Source: Mesotaenium endlicherianum (lineage: Eukaryota). Taken from it: a stretch of DNA of 64,000 nucleotides. The position numbers were made by a program, and so were the translations under genes. Positions 33,368 to 47,100 of the stretch are shown piece after piece (within the stretch, counting starts at the first letter, position 1; each line of letters begins with the position of its first letter). The stretch spans positions 1-64,000 of the forward strand of contig WELA01002202.1 of assembly GCA_009602735.1 (NCBI GenBank), written 5' to 3'. The notes under the pieces are model-generated. The model worked only from the letters and a program-made list of their open reading frames with translations. It ran no database searches and was not told where the DNA came from.

Positions 33368-34455
33368 CAACGTCGGAAGACGAGTCTCGTCGGATCTCCG
33401 CCAACGGTGAGAATCCGTTTAGCGAGCGATTCTCTGCACTTGATTTGGGCAGAACGCGTGACGCTTGGATGAGAGTAAGTGATTGCTGGTCATCTTTTGA
33501 GATGGCTAGCGATGAAAGGGATGAGAATCCTAAGTTTAAGTTGATTACAAAGTATTTTAATGAACAAACTGACGATAGTCTCACTTGCTAAGAGTTTGAT
33601 GAGATCTATTGGGGGACTTCTTTGAGAAAATCCGAAAGGATGCCTTATACACACAATCTGTGGCATTCTTATGTCTGGTTCACTACTTGTATAGGAATGC
33701 CTTGCTACTCTATCGTCAATTCCGCAAGGATGAGGACCTTACCCAAGAATGGGCCTTTGAAGAGCAAAAAAAAGGCAAGGCATTCAGAAATCCAAAAAAA
33801 GGTTACTAAAGCAAACACAATCGTTTGTCTTCAAGAATGGCAGTGCTTGCTGCATCTGTGGAGAGCGTAGACTTGACTGCGTTGACACGAGAAGTAGCCG
33901 ATACATTGCAGCAACTAATTGATGGCCAATGGAGGGCCGCTGCACGCTTGATCCGTGAAAGAGTTACAAGAATTGTGTGCAGATTTTTTTGAAAGAATTG
34001 CGAATGCTCAAAATTTGACATGCAGAGCACCATTTAATGGTCAGCATGGCGATAGCGCCACCACTGAAGCCAATCATGTGGAAGTATTGGCCGATTGCCG
34101 TAAGGGTATGGAAGCTGGAAATGACCACCTTGATCCTTGGCATTACCTGCGTCATTTTTTTAAGTTGCTGTAGGAACGCTTCCCAGAGAATCGCAGTCTC
34201 AAAGTGCTTTTCTACGTGCATTTTGTTCGTTGGAAGAACAAAACAGTTTTGGAGGTCAACTCCACATTCGTAGATCTTGCTAAAAAAGCAGGTATGTATG
34301 AGCTCATGATTGTGGCTGAAAAATTTCTGTTGTGCTTGGGGAAGGAAGCAGATCAAGAAGTCAAGCCACACCTCTTTGCAAAACGCGAAATTGACTGGGA
34401 CATCGACGAGGCTGCTAAAATAGCACATAATGTCCAGGAAGGTGAAGTCTGGTAC
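33368..34455 (+). pseudogene. Element E2: second, inverted gag remnant of the E (DNMT-bearing) family
   Basis: FRKDEDLTQEWAFEEQK, DSATTEANH..LADCRKGMEAGNDHLD and VAEKFLLCLG..EVKPHLFAK..IDWDIDEAAKIA match E1 gag. Confidence 0.9.
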
Positions 34456-34580
34456 GTGAGGGACTTGTTTTGGGATAGTGTCCTTTCTTCGTACAATCCA
34501 AAGATTACCGTACGGTCGTACCATCGACGAGTTTTGCACCCTGCGGGATTTGAACCCTCGTCTCTTGGACACGATTGCAT

Positions 34581-37500
34581 ACACAGTTTGCAAGTTAATA
34601 GTAGCTGCACGCTCTTGCTCAATTTGCAAGCTGACAAGAACAAGCACAAGATCCCCAGAAGAGTGCTGCATGACATGGGCCAAGGGCACATAACCCTCGT
34701 GGGAGGGTGATGCTGGTGTCCCTCTGGCTGTCTGCTTGGCAACCCTCCTGGTAGCCTTTTCTGCCTGAGTATCAGCCCCCATGGGTGGGGTTTCCTTTGC
34801 TGCTGCTCCCCAGCCAAGTGATGTCCTCATTCCCAGCTGACTCCCTGCTGGTCTCCTCTAACTGCTTCAAGGCCCTCTTGGCCACAGACAGTCCATTCTT
34901 TTGCTGCGTAGGAGATCTTGCAGAAGTCTGGGCCCTTGCAAGACTGTCCCTATGTCCTGTTCCTCTTCAAACTCACCTTGCTCCTCAGAAACTACTGGGG
35001 TTGACTTTGTCATTCTGTCCAGCTAGACCCTAGATAGAGAGTAGACAACTCATCTCCCCCTTCCAGCCTTAGATGGTGGCTATCGCGTCCTGTCTGTGCT
35101 AAGGTTGTTTGTCCCTTGCTTGCCTGCCCATTTGACTAAAGCATGCTTGCCCCTTAGAGAAAGAGTCCCGAGCTCTGGTCCCCTCCTCCTTCATGTCTTC
35201 ATTAATATGCATTTATAGCCCATCCAGTCTGGGGTCCCAGGTTGCAATATGAGGAGGTAGGGAGATGAAGTCATCCAATGCAGGGTCGAAGTTGTCTTCT
35301 ACAGCCCTGTCATTTTGTTGGTCCTCAATGGTCATGGTCATCCAGCGCCAGTCCGTAGGCTGCTTGACAAAAGCAGGGTCTCCTCTCTTCTGTGTACAGG
35401 GGTACCAATGGGCTAGGAACAGTTGTTGATTGGTCTCCCTGGCTAAAAATTCCCAGCTCCTCCTCTCCACCTCAATATACGGAGGCTTAAACCTGTGGTA
35501 GGATGTTACATCCCTGAAGCTATCCGATAGCATTCGAATCATCTTGATGACTCAATGGGATCCTACTATCCCTGGTACTGGCACTAGTGGGTCCTTAGGA
35601 AGTATGGTCAGGTTCTTGGCTTCCTTGGCAGGATACTCCACCATCCTGGTATAGTCATCATACAGGACAAGTCCAGTCTGAATACCAATACACTTGTCCA
35701 CAAATTCCACTCCATCCCTTTGCAGGATCGCTTTCTGTGTTGTTACTCTGCTCTCCTGGGCATAATTCAGTGCCTCCTGCAAACGACCAAAGCTCTTACC
35801 CAGGACCGTATATCGATAGCTCTCACTCTACTTCCGCTATTCCTCTTCTGACTTCTGTTGCCTTTCTCCTTCAGCCTTCCTATCCTCCTCAGCTTTTTTG
35901 ATTCTGGCCTCGTCATCTTTTGTGTCCTCCTTAACCTGCCTGAGTCTGTCTTTCTATGCTTTCCTGGCTATGTCCTCCTCTTCCTGCTTCTTCTAATCCT
36001 CTCGCTTAAGTCGTAGGCGCTCCGTCTCGCGTGCCGATATGGAAGTTGCTTCAATATCATCCCGAAATTGCTCATAATGTTACAGCGCCTTCGCCGTCTT
36101 TCTCTTCTTCTTGAGTTTGTTTTTTTACTTGGTCATCCGGCTCACACATACCACAACTTAGTTAGTATAATAGTAGAGTATGAACGATGGGGCAGAGAGT
36201 AATAATAGAGGTAGAACGTAGTTATACTGGCATACTGATTCCAATATACCTTGTGGGAGGAGTGAGCGAAAGTGGTAAACTGGAGAAAGAGGTGTTTATA
36301 TGAGTGTAACACCATGAGTGAGTGTGAGCGCAGTTGAGTGTGAGAAATGTATATGTAATGATGGGTTCCTCAATCCTGAAACACTGCCACACTCTCTCCA
36401 ACTTAACCTAAGGTGGGCTGCCTGTCACATATGTCACTTAATTGGCACTTTATTGTCACATTCCCCTCCAGCTTATAGGGAGACAGGACCTCCTACCGCC
36501 TGTCCATGTCAATTGAAATTACAGTTAAGGTAATTTACCAACTTTTTGAAGATAGAAACGTCCCAGCGCACCTTTTCCGTTGACCAAATGGTCCTTAAAT
36601 TTCCATGTGTCCCCAGATACATCATACCCCTTCCATCTGACCAGGTACTTCATGACATATTTAGATGATTGACGGACAGAGCTTTTAAAATCTCATCCAC
36701 TTTATATAATTTAGGGTCCCCATCTCGGATGGCGGGGACCGGTCCCGATTGGACAGGCAACCAACCTGTGAACAGGGTGTCACCCTTAATGTACGGTTCA
36801 AGGAACGAGACACTATATTCCGCTGACATGTTCAATTTGTAAGTATTTTGACCGACTCGGTGTACCACCGAATATGGACCGACGCAAATTTGGCCAAGCT
36901 TTGTCTTGACCACGCCAAGAAGGTACAGGTATTGAGAATGCAATTTGACCAAATCTTCCTTTGAAAATGTTAATTATCGACGGTGTTGATTAGCGTATTT
37001 TTGCTGTGTCTCTTGTGCTTGATACAAGTTTTGTTAGACTTATGACAGAGTATCAACAAACTCCTGGTTAACTGGAGAGACATCGGATTGTCAATCCCCA
37101 CAGATTGAGTCAGGGATTCTCCTAGTACATCTAAGGGAGATTTAGGAACTACCCAAACAGAGTTCATAAGGAGTCTTGCTCGTTGAGGCATGAACAACGC
37201 TGTTGACCGCAAACTGAATCTATGGCAACAAGTCATCCCAATTATCCTGCTTTAATTTGATATAGGCTCTCAGCACCTCCTGAAGAACTTTGTTCATCCT
37301 CTCAGTTTGCCCATCAGTCTTGGGGTGGTTTGCTGTGCTGAGTAGCTATTTGACTCCTAATAACCCCATTTTAGCTCTCCATAACTTAGAGGTGAATATT
37401 AAGTTTCTGCCTGAGATAGTGTTAGCATAGTATTAGCCCGTGTTGGCATAATACATTGTTGTAGAACTGTCTTGCACTTTCGAGAGCATTTACCTTGACA

Positions 37501-37676
37501 GTAGTGGGGATAAAATTGACCATTTTTGTCAGTTTATCCACTACTACCAATATAGAATCATGCCTATTGGCAATTTTAGGTAGTATTACCACCCCGCCTA
37601 TGGATATGGTTTTCCATCTCTCAGCTGGAATAGGTAATGGTAGTATTATCCCCCGGGTGGTGTGTGTCTAGATTTA
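34581..37676 (-). mobile_element. A'': truncated family-A fragment (integrase/chromodomain and ORF3 remnant)
   Basis: 36525-37676 aligns with A integrase. 34581-36136 carries EVERRSWEFLARE..HWYPC..QPTDWRWMT..LPPHIATWDPRL. Confidence 0.9.
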
Positions 37677-40600
37677 TGTCGTGCATCAGGGGGTCGAGTG
37701 CGCACCACCGGTGTAAGCAATACACAAATAGGCAAGCAGGCGATGTTGCAATGGAAGCGAAAATGCATGTAATCTTCAAGGCCATAAAGAGAGTCAGCTG
37801 TCAAATGTTTCAATTAAGGAGTGTGTACTCTCCAGAGTGAGCACCTCAAGAGCGACAACTACTGAAGTATGGCCCAAAAGATCACTGGAAGCACATCATG
37901 ATCTTCAAGAGTAGTCCTATGGCAGAGGTTTAATCTGTGACTTTGCTCACCACTTGTGAAGTTCTTTAAGTGATTGGAAGCCAAGAGGGCTTGCTCTTCA
38001 CAAGAGGGAGACTAAGTGGTCCTGAAAACATAAGAGGTGAAAGTGTAAGCTATACTAATAACTCTGTTACTCATAGCTGGCATAATGGACTTCTAAAAAG
38101 ATGTCCCTCTAGGGGCAGCTACTGCTATATACTCCCTGCAAAATCGACGTTGAAGTTAAAGGTTTGCGACTTGAAATGTTGCAAACCAAGGTTTGACAAG
38201 TGTTCAAATTTCATCAATTCACACGTATTTGTGTTTTCATCAACAAACGACATCCTCATAAGGCTTCATTTTTCAAAGAAGCCTCATTGCAGCAGGAAGG
38301 TAGCTGCTACACATAGGCGCGTAAATTTTTGCTTGCCGTGACATAGTAACACAATCTACGTCGAGCATACAGGTAACAGAATCGCTTGATAGAATACCAT
38401 AGATCCGCAACTAACAGAGACGCAGACGTGTTCCCTCATTTGCGAACAATAACAGAAAGAGGAGAGGGGAGCCAGGGAGGCCCAAGTGGCTTACGGAATG
38501 ATGGCGAGCAAGTCAGTGGCGAGAAGAATGCCGCAATCGGTAGGGCGAGCATAGCAAGCCAACTAATTGTTGTCGAGCTCGCTAGGTTACATGCGAAATT
38601 TCTTAGCGAGTAAGAGAATGAGCAGGATGAGCTCAGCAAGGCTGAAGCGGGTGATGTAATGAACAAGTATGTTGGATAGATATGATATTCATCTAGAAAT
38701 AATAGCTAAATATATTCAGCCTGCTGAGATTTAGTTAATAATAAGTTTGCTGAATATTTAATACTTAGTTAAATGACTCAGTCGAGAGCAGCAGGCTGAA
38801 GTCAATTAGGTCAGTTTGTTGACTTGGGTTAACTTGCTGACACATTCTTTGACAGTCGGCTGGCTGCCGTACTCGACAGCAGCGAATTGCCTAACTATGC
38901 ATCTAAGTGTGGTGTGCTAGACGAGTGGCCAGATGACACCCTTAAGGTGGTAGGCGATTCGGGATGATGGGAGATGGCTGTGGATTTGGTTAGTTGAGGT
39001 CCTACCAACGTGGTTAACTCCCGGGTAGGCGGTGCCATCGCATTGGCCGTTGAATAGTAAACTCATTCCATGTACATATGCTAGGTTTTGCTCTCGAGTT
39101 CAACATTTGGAAACGAGGCCAATTCTCTTGTACTGCTTAGTGAGAGATATCTGCATCCAAGGCAAGAAGCCATTGATACGCACTGTCTTCTAGCCTTGCT
39201 TTTGTATGATTGCACTGATTGCATTATTGATGCTAGTTTACTTGCATTTAACTTGCGAGTGTTGTTCACTGTTAGTGTGTTGTCTTTTGCTGGTTAATCA
39301 ATTAACGGAAAATACCGTAAAGATTACTCGCCAATATAAAAATCTCTATCAATTGATAATTGCATATTGGTAAGTCGATTCATTTCAGTGATATCAAAGC
39401 AGTTATCACAATAGTTGTGTATAGTAAGGTCTAGGTCTCAAGCTAGCAACTCTCGGAAAATGGAGGGTGAGGAAGATGATAACATTGTAAAAGGGCAGTA
39501 CAAAAGTCGCGTCTTTGGACCCTGTACCTATTTAGAAACGCTCCATGATGCAGGAGCTAGAGAAGCTGCTGAATAGGCAGCAGCTCTTGCTGCAGTAGCA
39601 GTCCAGCTGGCTGAGGATGAGCGTTTAGCCAAAGAGGTAAAGGAGGCAGTAAAGAGGAGGGCCCCTGATGGAAGGACGGTGGAGGAGGAGATGGCAGAGA
39701 AGGCCAATCTCCAAAACCAACCTCTTGCTGTGCCTACTGTTATACCTCTGCCTCAAATTTACAGACAATTGAGCGCAACAGGCATAGCCGGAGCGGCGGC
39801 AATCAAGAATGCCGAAGCTGATACTGATCGAGCTAATGTTGCTGCTGTTGCGTTTGCTGGGCTACCACCTCAGAATGTAGATCTCAGAGATTTATTTGTG
39901 CAGACGCAATCGCAAATGGCGAGCATGCATCAGTCCCAACAGGAGGACAAAAGGATCATGATGGCATTGCTGCGTAACAATGACCAACTGGGTTCTCAAA
40001 CCAGTAGTGGTGGTTGAGGGCCTAGTAAGCCTAAGGCAAAACCTCCTCAGGATATTGACCTTGAGGGAAATAAAAAGTATTACTTGATCAAGTTTCTCGC
40101 TGATGTTAAGCGGTGGCTAGAGAAATACCCAAAACTACAGGACTCTACGAGAAGGTCAGGCACACTGGTACTCTACTGAAAGGCAGTGTAGCAGACTAGT
40201 GGCTGTATTGGAAAGGAGAGCGTAAGGCTCAACAACTCGGTGACTTTACTTGGGTAGAGTTTGTCGAGAAGCTGCATGAGAAGTTGGATATTATTAATCA
40301 GCATGAGAAAGCTATCTATGCCATGATCTTCTTAACACTGAAGCAGGTCACTTCAGTTGCCGAGTTTGCTCAAAAGTTCCAAGAGAACATGATGAAGCAG
40401 CCAGAATTGCCAGAGCGGTATAGAATGGCATACTTCAAGTATGGCTTGAAATCCAAAGTTTTAGTTCATTTCGCTGAAAAAAAATGATGAGAAACTGGTT
40501 GACCTGATCCAAGATGCTGATGCCTGGGATCAGCAACAGTTCAATCATAAGCGCCACAGCAATGCTTTGGTGTCTAAGATTTGTCAAAAAGGCACATGGT

Positions 40601-41555
40601 TCCTACAATGCAATTGAAGGAGGTCAGGCTGGGCACGATCAGGGTGATGAGTATGAGTATAGTGCTAAGCAGTCTAGAGGGAGAGGTGGATACTCTCGAG
40701 GTGGCTAAGGAAGAGGTGGTGGTAGGACTAAGTCGAGACCAGCCTCAGCAAAATTTGTGTGCTTCCATTGCCAGCAGTTGGGTCACTTCAAAGAGCAGTG
40801 TCCTAGCAAGCACCTTCCAAAGGTTGAGAGAAAAGATCAGCCTTTAAAAGATATCTACGGTCAGTATTCTAGTCTACTAACTGTGAGGATGCTAGAGATA
40901 GTGAGTCGTCACTAGCTGCCCTCGTGCCAGGTATTATGGGTCCTGCTGAACTGGATTCGCTATGCATGCCTGACAAACAGATGAAGAAGACCATCAGTAA
41001 TGTAGACCTCTAAAGAATGCACACTTTGGATAATCTTGTTCCACCTGATGTTCAACATTTCTTTGCGAAGTCGGGAGAACAATGCCAAAATCAGGATAAG
41101 TCATTCCCCCCTATCCTACTGCATTGTATGATTGCAGGTAAGACGGTGAGGGCATTTGTTGATGGAGGAGCGTCACATACTTTTGTCCATAAGGACTTAG
41201 TTAAGCGGCTAAGGCTGCCTACTGTCACCCAAGGGAATAGAAAAATATTCCTTAGAGATGCCTTAAGTCTCCCGAGAGGAGTTATAACCAAGCCTATTGA
41301 GGTCCAGTTAGGTTCTGGCATTACAATTCTTATTAAAACGCTTATATTTGAAGTACTCAACATTGGCTTTAATGATCTCGTGCTAGAAAGGTCTTGGCTT
41401 AACAGACATCAAGCTGAAGTGTGTTGGAGCAGAGGTACAATTATAGCGAGAGGAGCCAGTGATGGGTAGACTAACTTGGCACCCGCCAGTGCTCTTCCTC
41501 TTGTCCTGTATGGATGGCAAATGAAGGAAAAGAAGAGGCTTCCAGGATGATGCAA

Positions 41556-42276
41556 TGTAAGGTTATAAATGTGTAGTTTGTATTTTTTTAGCATTTTATA
41601 TGCATAGAGTGAAGTGTTTGGAGAACTTTGGCCTTTATTTCAAGTCATTTGGACAAGTATTGAGAATGTTATGAGTTTTGGGAGTTTTTAGTGAGTTTTT
41701 AATGTCACAGATTCAATTCAGTGACAAGGACAGGTCCAGCGACGAAAATTTCGGTTGGAGTCCAGAAAGTAGGACATTGAAACATGAGGGTTCCAGAAAG
41801 TACGTACAATTACGTAGAGTGCCAAAGTGATTGTGGAGATTCTAGAAACTCCGTGAGGAGTTAGTGGATTGTGTAGTAGAATATTCTAGAGCGTGATTGC
41901 GTGCGTGTGAGTGTGCTAGCTTGTCCAACTAGGCAAGGTCACCTACATGGAAGGAGCCATAGTAGAAGGTTCTGAAGATACTTTGCTAAAGAGGACACTT
42001 AGAATTAAAGCATAAATAGGATGCACAAAGAAGTAGAGGGAGTCTAGTCTAGTTAGTCTAGTCTAACCTTCTTATCTTGTACACGACTTTTCTTAATAAA
42101 GTGAGTTCTTTTCCACTCCTCTCTCATGTAGCCCTTTAATTCTTGCAAGGGTGGCACACCACCAGGCCACTCCACCTTGTGTATGCAACTATGAAAGGTC
42201 CTCGTGCACGCTTCCACTCGCGGGTGAGGGTGCGTGAGAGTGTGTGGGCGCACTCCCCGCACCCTTCTCCCTTTCA
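41556..42276. repeat. Solo LTR of an unrelated family inserted in A' pol
   Basis: TGTAAGG...CTTTCA flanked by TSD TGCAA (41551-41555 and 42277-42281). Pol homology resumes after it. Confidence 0.85.
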
Positions 42277-42876
42277 TGCAAATTGCTGAATGCATTGGAG
42301 TTCATCAAAAGCTGGAACCAGAAGGAAGACAAAAGGTTGTGTCTGCTGCTAAAAGAGGTACCTTCTCAACCTGAAGAAGTGGTTGAGAAAAAGCTGAGCC
42401 TCCGAAGCACCCTACTGTTGCAAAATTGTTGCTCAGTATATTGATGTTTTTTAATATGCCTCTAGGACTGCCCCCTAAACATGAAGTAGATCATAGGCTT
42501 AAATTATTACTTGGGAGTCAGCTACCTTGGCAACGCACCTATGGCTTGTCTAATGTGGAGAGCAAAGAGTTGAAAACACAGGTGGCAAAGCTGGAGGAAA
42601 ATGGTTATATTTCCCCCAGTAAATCACTTTATGGCGCACCTATCCTATTTGTTAAAAAGAAGGATGGTAGCATGCGAATGTGTGTGGATTTTAGAGCTCG
42701 TAACAGAATTACAATAAAGAACAAGTATGCTTTACCCAAAAGTGAGAATTTGCTTGATACCCTGTCGGGTGCTAAAGTATTCAGCAAGATAGATCTCAAG
42801 AGTGGTTATCATCAAATCAGAATTGTTGAGGAGGACGAACACAAGACTGCTTTTCGCACACGTTATGGACACTATG

Positions 42877-44136
42877 TGTAATGAATTAGCTGATTATTTA
42901 TTTAATTAATTGCACATATTATTATAACCTTAAATAAGTGTCATGTCAATATACTGACGTGTGCAAGTTCATCTAAATGAATGTATGTCGATATAATGCG
43001 AGTATACTTACTTTGTCAAAAAGGTTAGCAGGATGGCTTTTGTATCATAGTGTAGTTTGCTCACTTTGTTGAAAAGATCAGCAGATTACTTGTGTATCAT
43101 AGTATAGTTGGCTGAGATTTATTAACCAATTATATATAAAGCATAATATCAGTAAGTTGATGTATAGTAAGCTTGTATAAACATAGTCAGTATATTTGGA
43201 CTCAGTACGGTGAGGTTAGACATATTCATTTAGATGAATATTTGTAGATTTGGCACACGTGACCGTAGTATACTGAGACTCAAAGGGTTGACTGAGATTC
43301 GGTAAACCGATGTCCTACCAATGTGGTGAAATCTTGGGTAGGCGGAGCCGTTGTCAGTCAACTGAAAAGTTAGGACTTCAGTCAACCGACCAATTAATAT
43401 GGTCGTTATACCTAGATCCGTGGGTCCCAACCTAACGGTTTTCCCACACAACGGCGCACCTTGCGCCGTGGTCAACCAGATGGGCACTAGGTACATAGCA
43501 GGCTGGGAGATCTCGTGGTTCCTCATTCTGGACAATAGGCTTTAGAGTTGGATTTCTATTGGCAAGTGATGTGTGCACTTTTGGGGTTTGTTATTATGAC
43601 CAGCTTTCACAAAAATTGACATGGCTGCTTTGTTGGTGCTCCAAATGGGCAAACTATATCTTTTCGGAAAGCTCTCGTCAAGATGCGTTTGTTGTCATTA
43701 AGTTTGCTCAATTTGGAGTAGTGTTGACAAAGTTATGCTCTCTGACATTTCGGGGACACATAGCGGATAGATTCCATGGTTTTGCACCTAAGTCTGTGGG
43801 ATGTGTTTTAGCTACTTTATGGTCATTCAAATGAGAGCGCCTTTGCTATTCAATCCCCTGATATTGTGCATGTGCTTATACATGCTTGCATGCCTGGTAG
43901 GCAAGAGGCCATGAGTTTCTGAAGGAGAAGCTCTAATCCTCAAGCTCGCCTCTTTCTTGTGCCTGGTGTTTGTGTGCAACTAGGGCACACTACGGTGAGT
44001 GAGTCAAGGGGTATAAATGAGTAAATGGAATCCATTCTAAGGGCAAAGATTGCTCCTTGATTTTTCACGCTTCCACCTATCTTTGATATTATATATTAAA
44101 TGGAATATATTTCTTGAATAAGCAAGTTTCATTTCA
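42877..44136 (+). repeat. Solo LTR of family C inserted in A' RT
   Basis: TGTAATG...CATTTCA with TSD CTATG (42872-42876 and 44137-44141). Matches the reconstructed C LTRs. Confidence 0.93.
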
Positions 44137-47100
44137 CTATGAGTTTAATGTGATGCCATTTGGACTGACAAATGGTCCTGCAACCTTCATGGGTGCTATA
44201 AGGACATCTTCAGGCCTTACTTAGATAAGTTTGTGCAAGTCTTCTTGGATGATATTTTATTTTTCTCGAAAGATGAAGCTAAGCATGTTGAGCATTTATA
44301 GACAGTCATGGACACTCTGAGAAAGAATCAGTTATATGCTAAAGTGAACAAATGTGATTTCTTTAAAATAAAGTATTGATTTCTTGGGCCACGTTGTCAG
44401 TAAGGAAGGCATCAGTGTGGATCCTAAGAAAGCCCAACCCATAAGGGACTGGCCACAGTCTGTCTCAAAAGTTAGATCCTTCCTCGGGTTGGCTAATTAC
44501 TATAAGAGATTTTTTGAGAGATATTCTACAAAGGCCAATAAACTGACTGATCTTACTAAGAAGAACATAGGATATGTGTGAGGGGAAGAGCAGCAAGCAG
44601 CCTTCTAGACCCTTATAGATGCTCTCCGTTCTGCCCCAATCTTAGCTGTGTATGACCCCAGCAAACCTGTGCAGGTGATTACTTATGCTTTTGACTTTGC
44701 TATGGGTGCTATTTTGTTGCAGTCTGCTGACAAAAGCACAAAGGATGGTAACGTGAAGCAGGAGTGGCACCCTGTGCTGTAAGAGTCTATGAAATTCAAT
44801 CCAGTTGAGATTAATTATTATGTGCATGATAAAGAGCTATTGGCAATCATTCATGTTCTCAAACAGTGGAGAGCTTACTTACATGGCAAAGCTTTTAAGG
44901 TGAATATAAATCACCTAGCGCTGACTCACTTCTAAAAGAAGTTCAGGCTGTCGAGGAGGGAGAACCGCTGGAGCCAGATGCTGGAGCAGATAGACTACAA
45001 ACCAGGGAAGTTGAAGCCTGCTGATGACTTGCAAGAAAGGAGCTTTAGTCAGCATGGTGTAGATAAAGTCCTCTGTGCACTCACTTTATTAAAAGTCAAA
45101 AAGACCTTCCTTGAACAACTTAGGAAAGCCTACCTTTCTGACCCAACATTTCAGCCCAGCCCCATTGATGGTGTGTTACCTGCTAATACACTCGAATATA
45201 GGCTAAAGGGCGGGGTCTAGGTAAATGAGACCACTTCAGGATGGATGAAGTTGGTAATTCCTAATAACTTGGAACTAAGGAATTTATTAGTGAGTTAAGC
45301 TCATGACGGTGTACTGGGTGGATATTTGGGGCAGGCCAAAATTGTTGGCAAATTGGCAAAACTTTATCACTGGGAAGGGTTGCCTCGGGAGGCCTTGAAA
45401 TATGTTAAGTCCTGTGATCAGTGTCAGAAAAACAAGTGTAGACACACCCCACCCGGGGGGCTATTACAACCATTACCCATCCCAGCTGGATCATGGGAAA
45501 CAATATCCATGGATTGGGTAGTAACACTACCAAGACCTGCCAATGGACATGATTCTATACTGGTAGTAGTGGATAAATTGACAAAAATGGTCATTTTCAT
45601 CCCCACCACTGTCAAAGAACTGCACTCAAAATTGCGAGACAGTTCTACAATCATGTAATATGCCAGCATGAGCTACCCTCTAATATTATCTCGGACAGGG
45701 ACTCAAAGTTTACCTCTAAATTTTGGAGAGCTTTAATGGGGTTAATGGGAGTCAAACAGCTGCTTAGCACAGCAAACCACCCTCAGACTGATGGGCGGAC
45801 TGAAAGAACTAATCAAATTCTGCAAGAGGTGGTGAGAGCATATATTAATCAAAAACAAGACAATTGGGATAACCTGTTGCCTCAAATTCAATTTGCGGTC
45901 AACAGTGCGGTGCATGCGTCAACAGGAAAGACTTCTTTTGAACTCAATCTCGGTAGAGTCCCTAATTCTCCTTCAGATGTGCTAGGGGAGTCTTTAATTC
46001 ACCCGGAGGGGATTTCCCACCCGGTGTCTCTCCAATTAACTCCGGAGTTTGCTGACACCCTGTCAAAAGTCCAACAAAGTTGGCACAAAGCCCAAGAAAA
46101 TCAACAAGAATATGCGAATCAACACCGTCGGGAGCTGACATTTACTATGGGCAATTTAGTCAAACTGCATTCTCAACATCTGTACCTGCCTGGTGTGGTC
46201 AAGAAAAAGCTTGGTCCAATTTGGGTCGGTCCATATTCGGTGGTGCGCCGTGTCAATCATAATGCTTACAAACTGAACATGTCAGCGGACTACAAGGGTC
46301 ACCCGGTCTTTAATGTGTCTTTCCTGGAACCATACATCGAAGGTGACACACTGTTCACAGGTCGGTTACCTGTCCAATCAGGACTGATCCCCGCTGTCCG
46401 GGATGGTGATCCTGAGGAATGTGAGGCTGATGAGATTTTAGAAGCTTGGTCTGTCCGTCGATCATCTAAACATGTCATGAAATATCTGGTTAGATGAAAG
46501 GGTGACGATGCCTCTGGGGACATCTGGGAAGTTAAGGACCATTTGACCAATGCCAAAGGGGCCTTGAAATGGTTTTATCTTTGGGAGGCTGGGACACCTC
46601 CCTAACTGTCATTTCAGTTGACATGGGCAGGTGACAGGAGGTCCTGTCTCCATTTAAGTTGGAGGGGAAATGTGGCCAAATGAGGCCAAAAGTGACAATT
46701 AGTGACAGAAAGTGACAATAGTTGACAGTAAGTGACAGTTTTGAGAGGCACCCCAGTGACAATTTGGTCAGGCAGCCCACCTTAAACATTAAGTTGGAGG
46801 GAGTAGGATAAACATCTCGGGAACTAGCTGATTGCCGTTACATATCCATCCTCCACACTCAACTGCGCTCACACTCACTTTTCTCTCAAGCACACTCACA
46901 CTTTCAATTTACTTACACCAAGTATTGCATGCTACAACTCCCACTATTACGTTCTTACCTGTCAAGGTACTCAATCCGGTGCATAATATCATGACTACAC
47001 TAATTCAATTGTGGTATGAATGAGCAGGAGGACTCAAAAGTTTGAACTCAAGAGGAAAAGAAGGGCGGTTGAGGCGCTGGCGAAGTACAAGAAGTTCCGT

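Noticed and set aside
37677..38654. Additional LTR starting TGTCGTG where A'' homology ends
   Set aside because: No matching terminus, partner LTR or TSD found; left unassigned.
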